DNA of 64,000 nt from a virus. Location: IMG/VR virus record IMGVR_UViG_3300025117_000032; one strand, written 5' to 3'. Below, piece after piece: positions 1 to 9,322 of the stretch (its first letter is position 1; every line of letters starts with the position of its first letter). Position numbers and translations under genes: made by a program. The notes under the pieces were generated by a model. That model was not told where the DNA came from. It was given only the letters and a program-made list of their open reading frames with translations, and made no database searches.

Positions 1-381
1 TACTCGCATACCTTCCCCAATCGTCAAAAGATAATCTGCATCGTACCCATCGCCGGAAACAGGAATCTCAATACTAACATCCAACATTGTTACAGCGGGT
101 CTTTTACCCCTTGGTTTGTAGCCAAGGTTTTTAGCTAACCTAAGTACGCTGTTCCTATTCTGTGCTGAATCCAAAAACAATTCATTGAACTTTTGGTCAA
201 CATGGTAGGAGAGTATATCCCCAACATACGCTGGTATTTCCAATAGCATCATACCAACAGACGATTCTGAAAAGTCATTATACTGGTCTGGGTAGTTTAA
301 CTTGATGTAATTTTTCAAGTCAACCTTCAAAGAATCAAAGTCCCTATTGAAGTAGTTGAAGTTTATTTTTCTATCTGCCAT
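1..381 (-). CDS. Baseplate wedge subunit, T4 gp6-like (N-terminal part, runs off window)
   Basis: Own translation from ATG 381: MADRKINFNYFNRDFDSLKVDLKNYIK...DFSESSVGMMLLEIPAYVGDILSYHVDQKFNELFLDSAQNRNSVLRLAKNLGYKP, typical gp6/baseplate J N-terminus; next to gp25. Confidence 0.85.
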   Translation of the reverse strand, partial: MADRKINFNYFNRDFDSLKVDLKNYIKLNYPDQYNDFSESSVGMMLLEIPAYVGDILSYHVDQKFNELFLDSAQNRNSVLRLAKNLGYKPRGKRPAVTMLDVSIEIPVSGDGYDADYLLTIGEGMRV

Positions 382-387
382 ATCTGT

Positions 388-804
388 TTACACCCTTGTT
401 TCTATTTCGATGAAATCTTGTATCGTTTCATCTCTCTTCAGAGAAAAGTCTATCCTAATATTCATGATGTTGTTTTCCACATCTGCTGTTTCACTTTTGA
501 ATGATACATTGTTCACCACTAATTCTGGTATCCAATACGAAACCTTGTTTATGATATCTGTTCTGATTGCTTCAAAAGTGTTATCATCCAACTGCTCAAA
601 TAAGTAGTTCCTAATCATAGTGCCAAAGTTTGGCATCATTAGTCTTTCTCCTACACCAGTAAAAATTAGGGTGTATAGATTTGACTTGTACTTGTCAATG
701 GATGTTTTTGAAAGCTTGAAAACCCCATCCGTGTTTGTTCCAATGATGGGGTTAACAATGTTGAACGTCTTTTCTTTCCTGAATGCTGAATCCCTATTTT
801 TCAT
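388..804 (-). CDS. Baseplate wedge subunit, gp25/GPW family
   Basis: LIFTGVGERLMMPNFGTMIRNYLFE ... WIPEL motif. Confidence 0.9.
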   Translation of the reverse strand: MKNRDSAFRKEKTFNIVNPIIGTNTDGVFKLSKTSIDKYKSNLYTLIFTGVGERLMMPNFGTMIRNYLFEQLDDNTFEAIRTDIINKVSYWIPELVVNNVSFKSETADVENNIMNIRIDFSLKRDETIQDFIEIETRV

Positions 805-825
805 GTGTATACCCCTACAACATAA

Positions 826-1233
826 TTATCTTGACTTCACCCTTTTGTTGACTATCCCAGATTTATCGTCCGTCAATTCTTTCATCTTGTTCCTAGCATC
901 TGAAAACCAATCTGGAATGGGTGGTGCATTTGGCGGGTGTTTGTGGGTCATCATTATGTTGACAATCCACTTGAGGATTTCTACAAGGGACTCACCATAA
1001 ACAATTGATTCTGGCGTCCTGGTTGAACCCTTGGAAAACAGTTCAATGTCTTTAGCCAATACCCCTATCTTTTCCTCCAGGGCATTTAGGGATATTGATT
1101 CTGTTTCAGTTTGGGAGTTTGTCTTCAATATGTCACTGGTAATAAGAATGCTTCTGTCTTGTCTACACAAAACACAGTTCTTAGATTCCCCCCTTCCAAC
1201 AAACCCTATGTCATCATCCCTTAGAAATTTCAT
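826..1233 (-). CDS. Putative baseplate spike/hub C-terminal part (gp5-like)
   Basis: VYGESLVEILKWIVNIMMTHKHP (HxH spike-tip motif); ATGA overlap with upstream OB-fold gene. Confidence 0.55.
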   Translation of the reverse strand: MKFLRDDDIGFVGRGESKNCVLCRQDRSILITSDILKTNSQTETESISLNALEEKIGVLAKDIELFSKGSTRTPESIVYGESLVEILKWIVNIMMTHKHPPNAPPIPDWFSDARNKMKELTDDKSGIVNKRVKSR

Positions 1234-1637
1234 GCTCTGCCCACCGAGGTTCCTTTGTTTTTGTTTCTAACCGTCAAACCAAGCTCATTCATAGAAGATT
1301 CGTATGTTTCCGTTTCGGTATTGTCTCCTGTTAGTATTGGTCCTATCCAAAATCTATCAAAGGCTTTGTTCCACGGATTCTTACAAAAGCAAAGGACATG
1401 CTCCCCAACAAGTGGCAAGCAATGGAAAAAAGACGACATAAAAGGAATGCACCATGCTAGTTCTTTATCCCTAAAGCTATTGTCTACTCCATCTATTCTT
1501 ACCTTTATCCTTTTGCAGTTCCATGGATCCTCAACCGAAACAACTTTAGCATGGTACAAAATCTCTGTTTCCACCGCACTATTCTTGCTGGAAGAGTTGG
1601 CAAAGGTACACAACGATTGCAGGGTTTTATTACTCAC
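1230..1637 (-). CDS. gp5/VgrG-type N-terminal OB-fold baseplate protein
   Basis: AKVVSVEDPWNCKRIKVRI...LAWCIP...LPLVGEHV...RFWIG pattern. Confidence 0.75.
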   Translation of the reverse strand: MSNKTLQSLCTFANSSSKNSAVETEILYHAKVVSVEDPWNCKRIKVRIDGVDNSFRDKELAWCIPFMSSFFHCLPLVGEHVLCFCKNPWNKAFDRFWIGPILTGDNTETETYESSMNELGLTVRNKNKGTSVGRA

Positions 1638-1825
1638 TTTTTATCTACCTCTCCAAGCAATCCCCTATCTTTTAGCTCAACCAAAATGGCTGTGTATTCC
1701 TTCTTCAATTCAGAAAACTCAAGTAGCTTTGGCTCAATAGAATCGTATATGCTCTGAATCTTGTCTGACAAAAATCTTAGCCTATCCTTCAATTGGTTCT
1801 TTGACAGAATCTTTAGATCTCCCAT
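1634..1825 (-). CDS. Hypothetical coiled-coil protein
   Basis: Tightly packed ORF in operon. Confidence 0.6.
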   Translation of the reverse strand: MGDLKILSKNQLKDRLRFLSDKIQSIYDSIEPKLLEFSELKKEYTAILVELKDRGLLGEVDKK

Positions 1826-2064
1826 TATAGTATGTAACCCTTTCCTATTCCAGTTCCAGTGTGAAACCCAGGACTTCCTTGTGTGGTCACTTGAGTTGTA
1901 ACCATAACAACCCCATCCATTTTGATCTCTTGGATAATTGCCTTCATGATTTCTTCAACTAATCTAGCTGTATGAGATGGTTTCCCATCAACAGTTGAAT
2001 CCATTCCAAGTGAATCCAATTTATCCACCACTTGTTGTGCAGCCTTTTTGTAGTCTAATGCCAT
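1825..2064 (-). CDS. Hypothetical protein (possible baseplate/spike-associated)
   Basis: Packed ORF; Gly/Thr-rich C-terminus. Confidence 0.55.
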   Translation of the reverse strand: MALDYKKAAQQVVDKLDSLGMDSTVDGKPSHTARLVEEIMKAIIQEIKMDGVVMVTTQVTTQGSPGFHTGTGIGKGYIL

Positions 2065-2462
2065 TACTTAACCACCCTTAATCCAGACATGGAATCATCC
2101 ACGGTCTTTTTCTCATTTTTCAGATCCTTAACCAAAGCTTCAATGCTCTCTCTTTCTTCATCGGAAAAAGCCTGACTTGTTGCCTGGATTTTAAGGACAT
2201 AATCGGATAATAGTTTTGCAACCTTAATTGCATTATCCGTTGACTTTGAAGTTGAATCCAGGAAGCCCACAATGCTCTTTGCAAAGGGCTCAACTAGCAA
2301 CACTAACTCCCCACCACCAAGACCACCCATCGTGTCTATGGCCTCATTTAGGGCGTCATGGTGGGTCAGGGCAAGCCTTCTGTCCTCTTCAATATTCATC
2401 AATATATAGTTCAATATGAAGACAATGCTTTCACTGTCCAATGCTAACCTTTTTTCACTCAT
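2064..2462 (-). CDS. Hypothetical protein
   Basis: GGGGG RBS and TATTTAT motif upstream. Confidence 0.6.
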   Translation of the reverse strand: MSEKRLALDSESIVFILNYILMNIEEDRRLALTHHDALNEAIDTMGGLGGGELVLLVEPFAKSIVGFLDSTSKSTDNAIKVAKLLSDYVLKIQATSQAFSDEERESIEALVKDLKNEKKTVDDSMSGLRVVK

Positions 2463-2493
2463 TTTTTATATACCCCCTGTGGATAAATATTAG

Positions 2494-3171
2494 CTATCGA
2501 TTTGATCTATCGAATATCTCTTGTATTTTGTGGAGGGACTTGGTTATTTCCTTGGCAGTCAACCCTGTAAACTCCCTAGCTATAAAGTAAAACTGCCTCT
2601 TGTGCTGTATGTTTATATCCTGATAATTTTTTAACAATGTCACAATAGCCTCTCCAAGTTTATAGGTGTTACTGTCCAATGTCAGATCTCCCTCTAAAGC
2701 CCTCTCAATGTCCTCTGCTGCAACGGAGATTAGGAAGGAAAGGGATTCTACCTCACCCTCATATTCGTTGCCCACAAACAATCCTTGCTCATGTTCAAAC
2801 CCAACCACATCATCAATGTCAACAAAGGAGTTTATTTTCGTTTGGTTTTTGTTCTTTTTAGCAATCATGTAGTTTTTTGCTATTGTGCCATAATAGGAAA
2901 ACGCCTTTGTTTCCAAATCTGGATTGTATCTATCCATTTTATAGACAACAAAAACCATACAATCCATAACCTGTTCAGAAACATCTTCATTAGGTATGCT
3001 TAACCTATAGGTGAACATGATGTTTTCAACAAGTTTTTTAAGTGGCTTGTATAGGGTTTGCTGGAAAATTAAATCTGCTTTAGCTAGATCCACATTTTTC
3101 AACTGCAAGTATTCAACAACAGCACGTTCTTCTTTCTCTCCCCAATACTCCTTCTTTTTGAGTTTTACCAT
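2494..3171 (-). CDS. Late-transcription sigma factor, T4 gp55-like
   Basis: YW...KKLVENIMFTY...DCMVFV...RYNPDLETKAFSYYGTIAKNYMI region-2-like motif. Confidence 0.75.
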   Translation of the reverse strand: MVKLKKKEYWGEKEERAVVEYLQLKNVDLAKADLIFQQTLYKPLKKLVENIMFTYRLSIPNEDVSEQVMDCMVFVVYKMDRYNPDLETKAFSYYGTIAKNYMIAKKNKNQTKINSFVDIDDVVGFEHEQGLFVGNEYEGEVESLSFLISVAAEDIERALEGDLTLDSNTYKLGEAIVTLLKNYQDINIQHKRQFYFIAREFTGLTAKEITKSLHKIQEIFDRSNR

Positions 3172-3190
3172 TCTCTTTATCTCTCTAGTT

Positions 3191-3952
3191 TTACTCTATC
3201 TTAAGGGGCCTTTCTTCTTCAAAAAAGTATTCCCTTCTTACGGCACTAAGCCATTTTTCAACAATCTTCTTATCCAATTTCTTGTTTGTTTCAAAGGCAC
3301 CATCATCTGACAAATAATGAAAATGAGTTGCCTTTGGAACCCCACGAACAATGGCACCGTTATATATCATCCTCAATGCCCACTCATAATCATAGAACAC
3401 CTTGAAGGTTGTCTTGAATTTTCCCCACTCTTCGAAACACCTTGGTTTGATATAGCACCCATTGACAAACATGAAGTTTGATCTAAGCATCAAGTTGAAG
3501 TCGTATTGCCCATATTCATCAACCATGTTTGGAGCGAAGCAAACTTCATTCGACATTCCAAGCAATATTGGAAGGTTGTCGCTTCCATCCCCCTCTTTGC
3601 ATATACAAGCTAGGGGAGCTACAATGTCTGCATCCTGAAAGTCCTGTAGGTATTCTTTAAGTATCTTGCCAGAATTTGGGGTAAGCTGATCATCGAACTC
3701 AAGGATGCTTATGTAGTCTGGAGTTCCACTCATAGACGCATACCCAAAATTCACCAACTCTGGATAAGATTTGCTTTTGGAGTTAGCATTCAACAACACG
3801 GCTTCTCCAGGTAAAATCTTAGTCTTCATCCACTCAAAAATTTCACTGTCGCCGCAGACAACATAAACGACACACTCAATTACTGAATTTATAGCTTTGA
3901 TGACTCTCTCATCTTTTTTGTGAAGTGGTATAATGTATCTGATATCAAGCAT
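3191..3952 (-). CDS. Glycosyltransferase family 2
   Basis: YIIPLH N-terminus, LEFDD DxD motif, FYDYEWALRM. Confidence 0.8.
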   Translation of the reverse strand: MLDIRYIIPLHKKDERVIKAINSVIECVVYVVCGDSEIFEWMKTKILPGEAVLLNANSKSKSYPELVNFGYASMSGTPDYISILEFDDQLTPNSGKILKEYLQDFQDADIVAPLACICKEGDGSDNLPILLGMSNEVCFAPNMVDEYGQYDFNLMLRSNFMFVNGCYIKPRCFEEWGKFKTTFKVFYDYEWALRMIYNGAIVRGVPKATHFHYLSDDGAFETNKKLDKKIVEKWLSAVRREYFFEEERPLKIE

Positions 3953-5051
3953 CCTTTTCCTCCGTTTCTTCGATAATAGTTATCAAGTGTTCCAACTCTT
4001 TGATCCTATCTTCCCTGTATTCATTGTGGACTCTGATAATAGAATCCTTTTCTGCCTCTGGTGAATACAACATTGTTGCAGCTTCCATCGAATCCCAAAT
4101 CTTTTGCGGGATATCATTCATGATATACGCTTCAACCATTTTACCCATCACCAAAGCTACCCTGAATATATCTCCGTTTGGGGCAAGCCAACTATTATCT
4201 CCACTCATGTACTCTCTGCCACCAACACCATCCCAGCCTACCAACAAACACTTGGATAACCAAGCCTCAATTGGTGCTGTGCCCCAAGAACTAAACTCAT
4301 CGAAGTGGGCATAGAAAGCAGATTCACGCAAAGCAGAAGCATAATCTTCCCTGGATAGACCTTTGATTTCCTTGAATTGGATGAACCGTAGGTGGGGGAA
4401 AAGAGCATAGAATGTCTTGATCACATTGTATGACTTCAACCCACCATCCCTAGAGGGGATGAATGAAATTTGAAGCTTCTTGTCTGTCATCTTTTTCGGA
4501 GGGTAAAAATCGGCTGGATCAATCTTACCAACAACATTCTTTATCCTAAGAAATGGCATGATCATTTTCAGATAATCAGATTGGGTATTGGACACACTCA
4601 TGCAATCATTTATCCCATAGTGGTTCCAAAGAACACCAGGTTGCAAAGCATTCAACACATAATACCAGTTCTGACAAAACACGATCCTCTTGCATGGTGC
4701 ATTTTGCTTCTGTAGGTTTTCCATCAATTGAGGAAAGCCTTCTGGTATAAAAAAGAAATCCTCCATGTTTATTTGGAGTTTCCCATCGTCCAAATATTGG
4801 AAGATCACATCTTCAATTTTTCCGTCTTCCGTTTTTGGATAATACTCTTCAAGCCACTTTGGTTGAAACCCAGACTTTTGGTGCAAGACAACTGCCCTGA
4901 ATCCATTTTGGTTCATGCAGCGAACATGATCGTATGTTAGTTTGACTCCACCAGATTGTTTTTCGAAATCTGGTAAGAAAAAGTAGCTTGTGAAACTACC
5001 GTCCTCTACCTTTTTGATAACCTCCCTAACCCCATCTTTTGTTATCGCCAT
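3945..5051 (-). CDS. Glycosyltransferase, GT-B fold (GT4-like)
   Basis: SGGVKLTY, IPEG, FCQNWYY, SSWGTAPIEAW...VGWDGVGGREY. Confidence 0.8.
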   Translation of the reverse strand: MAITKDGVREVIKKVEDGSFTSYFFLPDFEKQSGGVKLTYDHVRCMNQNGFRAVVLHQKSGFQPKWLEEYYPKTEDGKIEDVIFQYLDDGKLQINMEDFFFIPEGFPQLMENLQKQNAPCKRIVFCQNWYYVLNALQPGVLWNHYGINDCMSVSNTQSDYLKMIMPFLRIKNVVGKIDPADFYPPKKMTDKKLQISFIPSRDGGLKSYNVIKTFYALFPHLRFIQFKEIKGLSREDYASALRESAFYAHFDEFSSWGTAPIEAWLSKCLLVGWDGVGGREYMSGDNSWLAPNGDIFRVALVMGKMVEAYIMNDIPQKIWDSMEAATMLYSPEAEKDSIIRVHNEYREDRIKELEHLITIIEETEEKDA

Positions 5052-5053
5052 AT

Positions 5054-5875
5054 TTAATTATCCTTTCTGTCATAAAAGACATATGTGTCAAGTTCTTCTT
5101 TGAATTCATCTGGATCACGGTTTCCTTTTGATTTGTTTGTTGAATCATCACACCAACAAACATTATCCAAATCCCTTGCCAAATCTGGATACTCTGATAC
5201 AGGCTTTATATGATCGATGGAAGCATTGACTCCCAATATAAGATCAAGTGTACTCCAATAACACTTACGATTTTGTTGTTCAAACAAGTTTTTCAGGTGT
5301 TCCCAATGTTTATTTGAACCAAGATTTCCGTAAGAACAACTTTTGAACCAACATTTTTCACAAAACAATTTGCTATTTTCCATCAATTCTGATCCGCATT
5401 TAACACACAGATCCATTTTTTTGTATTTTTCATACAAACCCCTATTGAGTTGGTTCATCTTATTTTTGTTGTTCTCTCTCCAAGCTTTACCAATTTGATT
5501 CACCTTATCTCTATTGTTTTCATAATATTTTTTACTATATTGCTTTATTTTGTCTTTGTTGGTTTCACGATAATTTTTTCTGTAGACCCTATTGTTCTCT
5601 CTCCAATTTTTTCCATACTGTTCCACTTTATCTTTGTTGTTTTCTCTCCAATTTTTCATGTAATCTTTGTTGTTTTCTTTCCAAGCTTTACGGCTCTCCT
5701 TCGCCTTATCCTTGTTGTTCTCTACCCAACTTTTGGTTGCAACACAATTACAATTCTTACACACATACTGCAACCCATCTTTGTTTCTCCTACTAACGTG
5801 AAACTGGCCAATAGGTTTTTCAATCCCACATTTAGGGCATACTTTCAACCCTGTTTCAAGATTAGCTTTTGACAT
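5054..5875 (-). CDS. HNH homing endonuclease with Zn fingers and helical repeats (paralog 1 of 3)
   Basis: CPKC..CKNC, repeats of WxENNKDKxKQY, CVKC..CEKC, ASIDHIKP...NVCWC...NKSK. Confidence 0.85.
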   Translation of the reverse strand: MSKANLETGLKVCPKCGIEKPIGQFHVSRRNKDGLQYVCKNCNCVATKSWVENNKDKAKESRKAWKENNKDYMKNWRENNKDKVEQYGKNWRENNRVYRKNYRETNKDKIKQYSKKYYENNRDKVNQIGKAWRENNKNKMNQLNRGLYEKYKKMDLCVKCGSELMENSKLFCEKCWFKSCSYGNLGSNKHWEHLKNLFEQQNRKCYWSTLDLILGVNASIDHIKPVSEYPDLARDLDNVCWCDDSTNKSKGNRDPDEFKEELDTYVFYDRKDN

Positions 5876-5876
5876 A

Positions 5877-6494
5877 TTATATCTTTAAAACTTTCTCTAC
5901 CCCAAGCAAATTGTATAGCTCATCGAATTGCCCCCCAGCTATATCCAAATATGGACACTCTATACTAGAGTTGAAATCATAGGGCACCTTTATTGCTCTG
6001 TATATTGATAAACCGTTGTGTTGTATTTGTTCCGAACAAAACGCATTCAGAACCATTGGACAGTCATCAACATAAATATCAAAATTTGCGTCTATTTTTT
6101 CTTGCATGGTGGGGAAAAACGCAAACTTGTCTAGCTTGCAGCCGTATTTTGACAACCAATGCAAGGTTGCCGTGATGGACCTTTGTTGTTGAACAGACGC
6201 AATAACAACCTGGACACCATTTTGTTTCGCCACATTGGCAAAGATATTCAGATCATCAATAACCCTTGGGTGTACCCTGCCAGATTTACCAAATATCTCA
6301 AATGGACGTTCCTCATACATCCAACTCAACATTTGTCCCCTATCACCAAAAGCCTTTTCCAGGGCATAATACTCTGACTTAAAACACCCCAAATAGGTAT
6401 CCACCTTATCAGGATGATCTATTTCCAAGAAGTATCCTATGTTATCGACTATGTTTCTTAGGGTTCCATCAATATCAAAACCAACTGTTATCAT
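5877..6494 (-). CDS. HAD-family 5'(3')-deoxyribonucleotidase (NT5C-like)
   Basis: GFDIDGTL and DIYVDD motifs; likely start MITVG after GGAGG RBS (ORF track extends to 6539). Confidence 0.75.
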   Translation of the reverse strand: MITVGFDIDGTLRNIVDNIGYFLEIDHPDKVDTYLGCFKSEYYALEKAFGDRGQMLSWMYEERPFEIFGKSGRVHPRVIDDLNIFANVAKQNGVQVVIASVQQQRSITATLHWLSKYGCKLDKFAFFPTMQEKIDANFDIYVDDCPMVLNAFCSEQIQHNGLSIYRAIKVPYDFNSSIECPYLDIAGGQFDELYNLLGVEKVLKI

Positions 6495-6557
6495 TTTACC
6501 TCCAATAAAAATACGGGTGAGACAAACTCCCACCCGCATATCTTACAACAAATATTA

Positions 6558-6905
6558 CTATTTGTCAAGCTTTTTCAAAAGAAATTCTACAGTTCTTTCA
6601 AATTTTTTAACCTCGTTTTTTGTTTGGTATCTATAGTCAACCCCCTCAACCAACACTGGAATTGGGTTCAACATGGGTCGATATGCCCCCCTAGTTTCAG
6701 CATCATCAAACCAAGCGTGTGAACCTTCACAAGCATACCACAAAGAATGCTTTTGAATCAAAGCATTGGCAACATCATTACCACAAAGACTCGAAACACG
6801 CCAAAGGATTAAATTGATAATCCCCTTTCGTTTATCCCCCAATGGGTATTTTCCCATGATCTCTGCTATTCCATTGTCTGCCCTTTGGTAAGCTTCGATG
6901 TTCAT
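6558..6905 (-). CDS. Hypothetical protein
   Basis: Packed ORF. Confidence 0.55.
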   Translation of the reverse strand: MNIEAYQRADNGIAEIMGKYPLGDKRKGIINLILWRVSSLCGNDVANALIQKHSLWYACEGSHAWFDDAETRGAYRPMLNPIPVLVEGVDYRYQTKNEVKKFERTVEFLLKKLDK

Positions 6906-6908
6906 GTG

Positions 6909-7463
6909 TCAACCAACCTTCTTTAAGTTTGTGAGCCTAATGATCTCTGCCCATCTGCTTATCCAATTTCTTTCCCCATGGGCATGTTCAAAGACAAATG
7001 TTCGATCTCCACGACCACGCAGTTTTGTGTACCCACTTGCAAGAGCCTTCGGAGAGAACGCCCCAAGCTTTTGTGTGCTGCCATTCTGGAACAGCAAAGC
7101 AATATCCCCCTGCCCCTCTTCTTTCCAAAGTGCAGCGTCTTGATTGTACTTAACAATCCACTTCTTGACCATACCCTTCAATTTACCATTGTCATTCTCG
7201 CCACCAATTATCAGAACAGAATCCTCTGTTAGTTCTTCCCCACTCTTTGGATCTTGCCATGCACCATCAAGAAAAACATAGCCATACCCAGCCTTTCTTG
7301 CCTCCCTAGCGATCTGCTTATTCAAGGCAATATTTTGTTCCTTGCTTCTCTCTTTGCTACGAAAAGCTGTGATAACCACAACAGGAATATTGTCGTTTTT
7401 AAAGTGACGATATACCCTGGACAAAGTTGTTTCATCTATCCCAGCCAACTCATTCAAATCCAT
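6909..7463 (-). CDS. Conserved phage protein (DUF3293-like)
   Basis: ETTLSRVYRH, VITAFR...N...L...GYGY..LDG.W..EDSVLI...KYNQDA pattern; AGGAG RBS. Confidence 0.55.
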   Translation of the reverse strand: MDLNELAGIDETTLSRVYRHFKNDNIPVVVITAFRSKERSKEQNIALNKQIAREARKAGYGYVFLDGAWQDPKSGEELTEDSVLIIGGENDNGKLKGMVKKWIVKYNQDAALWKEEGQGDIALLFQNGSTQKLGAFSPKALASGYTKLRGRGDRTFVFEHAHGERNWISRWAEIIRLTNLKKVG

Positions 7464-7653
7464 ATAGTCTCCTATTCTACTTCACAAAAAACAAACCCAT
7501 TATCACACTCCATTAAATATGCCTTGGTGTACCCACCTTGTTTCAATTCTCCCTGATTTGAAAACCCTTGCTTCAACCACAACATCAATATCGTCTATTC
7601 CAGGAGAAATGTAAACAAAAAAATGAAGAAAGTTTGAGATTTTTTTAAGTTGT

Positions 7654-8178
7654 TTACACCAACTTACCTTCTTTAAGCCACTTCTCTGTTAGCATGGTTA
7701 AGCTCACAGGAGAAAACTTCCATGGGTCAACTCCAACATCGCATCTAAACCCCTTATCCGGCACAGTACCGTGTCTGTGCCCATGAAGGTGTATGGAACC
7801 ATGACTCATGTTTCGCCAACTCTCAATTGGATAATGGAAGAGGACAACCAATTGCCCCTGGTCTTTTATCTCAAGGTAGGAATTTACAGACTTCCACCCA
7901 TCCCAATTTTTCATATTCTTGGCATCATGGTTGCCAATGATGAAATGCTTACGACCATTGATTTGCTTAAGGATATCTTTAACTTTTTCCCCACCATAAA
8001 AAGACACATCACCAAGGATGAATAGCTCATCATTTGGCTTCACCTTTTCATTCATTCCAGAAACAATGGCATCGTGCATTTCCCAGATAGTTTCAAATGG
8101 GCGATTGCAATACTTGATGATGTTGTTGTGGAAAAGCCTTCAAAGGTGAAAATCTGCGGTATAAAATCTTTCGCTCAT
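7654..8178 (-). CDS. Calcineurin-like metallophosphoesterase, interrupted at codon 13 (TGA + 6 nt)
   Basis: ATG 8178 MSERFYTADFHL*RL FHNNIIKYCNRPF in frame with downstream LGD, GNHD, HYP, HGHxH motifs. Confidence 0.85.
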
Positions 8179-8300
8179 TTCACCAAACCTCCAATCTTTC
8201 GTCCAATTAACCAACCATTATTTAGAAATTGATCAATCTCATTTTGACGAATCATTTTTGTTTCAACCCCATTGTTGATCCAAACTCTATTTTTTATCAA
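8175..8300 (-). pseudogene. Remnant C-terminal DNA-binding module of a homing endonuclease
   Basis: LIKNRVWINNGVETKMIRQNEIDQFLNNGWLIGRK aligns with the C-terminus of the 8571-9278 protein (RVWICKDDKTKMIRPDELTEYTNGGWLKGRK). Confidence 0.6.
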
Positions 8301-8475
8301 ACCCTTGTGTGTCCTTCTGCTTTCTCATCCAATCAATCCTATCCAACAGGATAAGGATCAATTCAACATAATCGTCCTGATCGTACTCCGTATTCAACAC
8401 CCGATATCGCAGCTTGCTGGTTACTGTCTTCGGCATACCACCACTATTCTTTACTCCGATAGTTAGCTTGTTCAT
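8287..8475 (-). CDS. Hypothetical protein
   Basis: GGGGGG RBS, packed ORF. Confidence 0.5.
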   Translation of the reverse strand: MNKLTIGVKNSGGMPKTVTSKLRYRVLNTEYDQDDYVELILILLDRIDWMRKQKDTQGFDKK

Positions 8476-8570
8476 TATTTACCCCCCAAGACAGGATATG
8501 CAGTTTCCTACACACAATGCCAAAAATATCAAAACCAGCATAAATTCAACATCTGCCAAATCCCGCTTTG

Positions 8571-9278
8571 TCATTTTGCCTTACCTTTTCTTCCTTTTAA
8601 CCACCCACCATTAGTGTATTCAGTTAATTCATCCGGGCGAATCATTTTTGTTTTATCATCTTTACATATCCAAACTCTATCCAATTTACCGTTCCTCAAC
8701 TTTTCTTTCATTTCTTTTGTTCCCATTGCCTGCTTTGTTTTAGTACTTATGTTTCTTTTTCTTTCTTCTGAAAATGGAACCCCGGTTAATTTTTCTCGTA
8801 TTTTTTCTTTGGTTTCAATTGATCGTGGTTTACTAGACCAAGGGCATTTTTTTCCTTTGTGTATTTTGCTCAATTTCTCTCTTGTTTCTTTACTATGGTG
8901 CTTACCCAAAAAACTTGGGATTCTATTTTCACCCTTTGTTCTATATTCTTTATCCATCCACTTTGCTTTTATTTTATCAGATATTTTTTTCTTTGTTTCA
9001 TCTGCACACCTACCAAAAGAATTTCCGCCATTGTCAATATTGTAACCAACATACTCATCTTTACTATTCAACTCTTTAATCCAATGCTGCTCTTTCTCAT
9101 TCAATTCTTCTTGTGAAGAACACTCGCATAGATTTTCACGAACAAAATTCTGTCTTCCATATTTTTTAATGGCAGCTTGTAATTTCAACCCCGATCCAAT
9201 ATATCGCTTATTGTTTATTGTTGTTTGCCCAACATAAATTTTACCATTTACCAAGTTTGTTGTCTTGTATATTATCAT
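8571..9278 (-). CDS. GIY-YIG homing endonuclease with NUMOD3 repeats
   Basis: IIYKTTNLVNGKIYVGQ...YIGSG...E...GYNI; HSKETREKLS. Confidence 0.9.
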   Translation of the reverse strand: MIIYKTTNLVNGKIYVGQTTINNKRYIGSGLKLQAAIKKYGRQNFVRENLCECSSQEELNEKEQHWIKELNSKDEYVGYNIDNGGNSFGRCADETKKKISDKIKAKWMDKEYRTKGENRIPSFLGKHHSKETREKLSKIHKGKKCPWSSKPRSIETKEKIREKLTGVPFSEERKRNISTKTKQAMGTKEMKEKLRNGKLDRVWICKDDKTKMIRPDELTEYTNGGWLKGRKGKAK

Positions 9279-9322
9279 TGAATTACCTCCAATAATAAAT
9301 ATATCAAGGGTTGGATTGAATC

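Noticed and set aside
7587-7615. Fourth sigma70 promoter (TTTACA-N17-GATATT)
   Set aside because: The -10 match is weak, so it is not listed as a feature
8140-8145. prfB-type +1 frameshift at CTT TGA
   Set aside because: The downstream coding sequence is in frame 0, so +1 would not reach it
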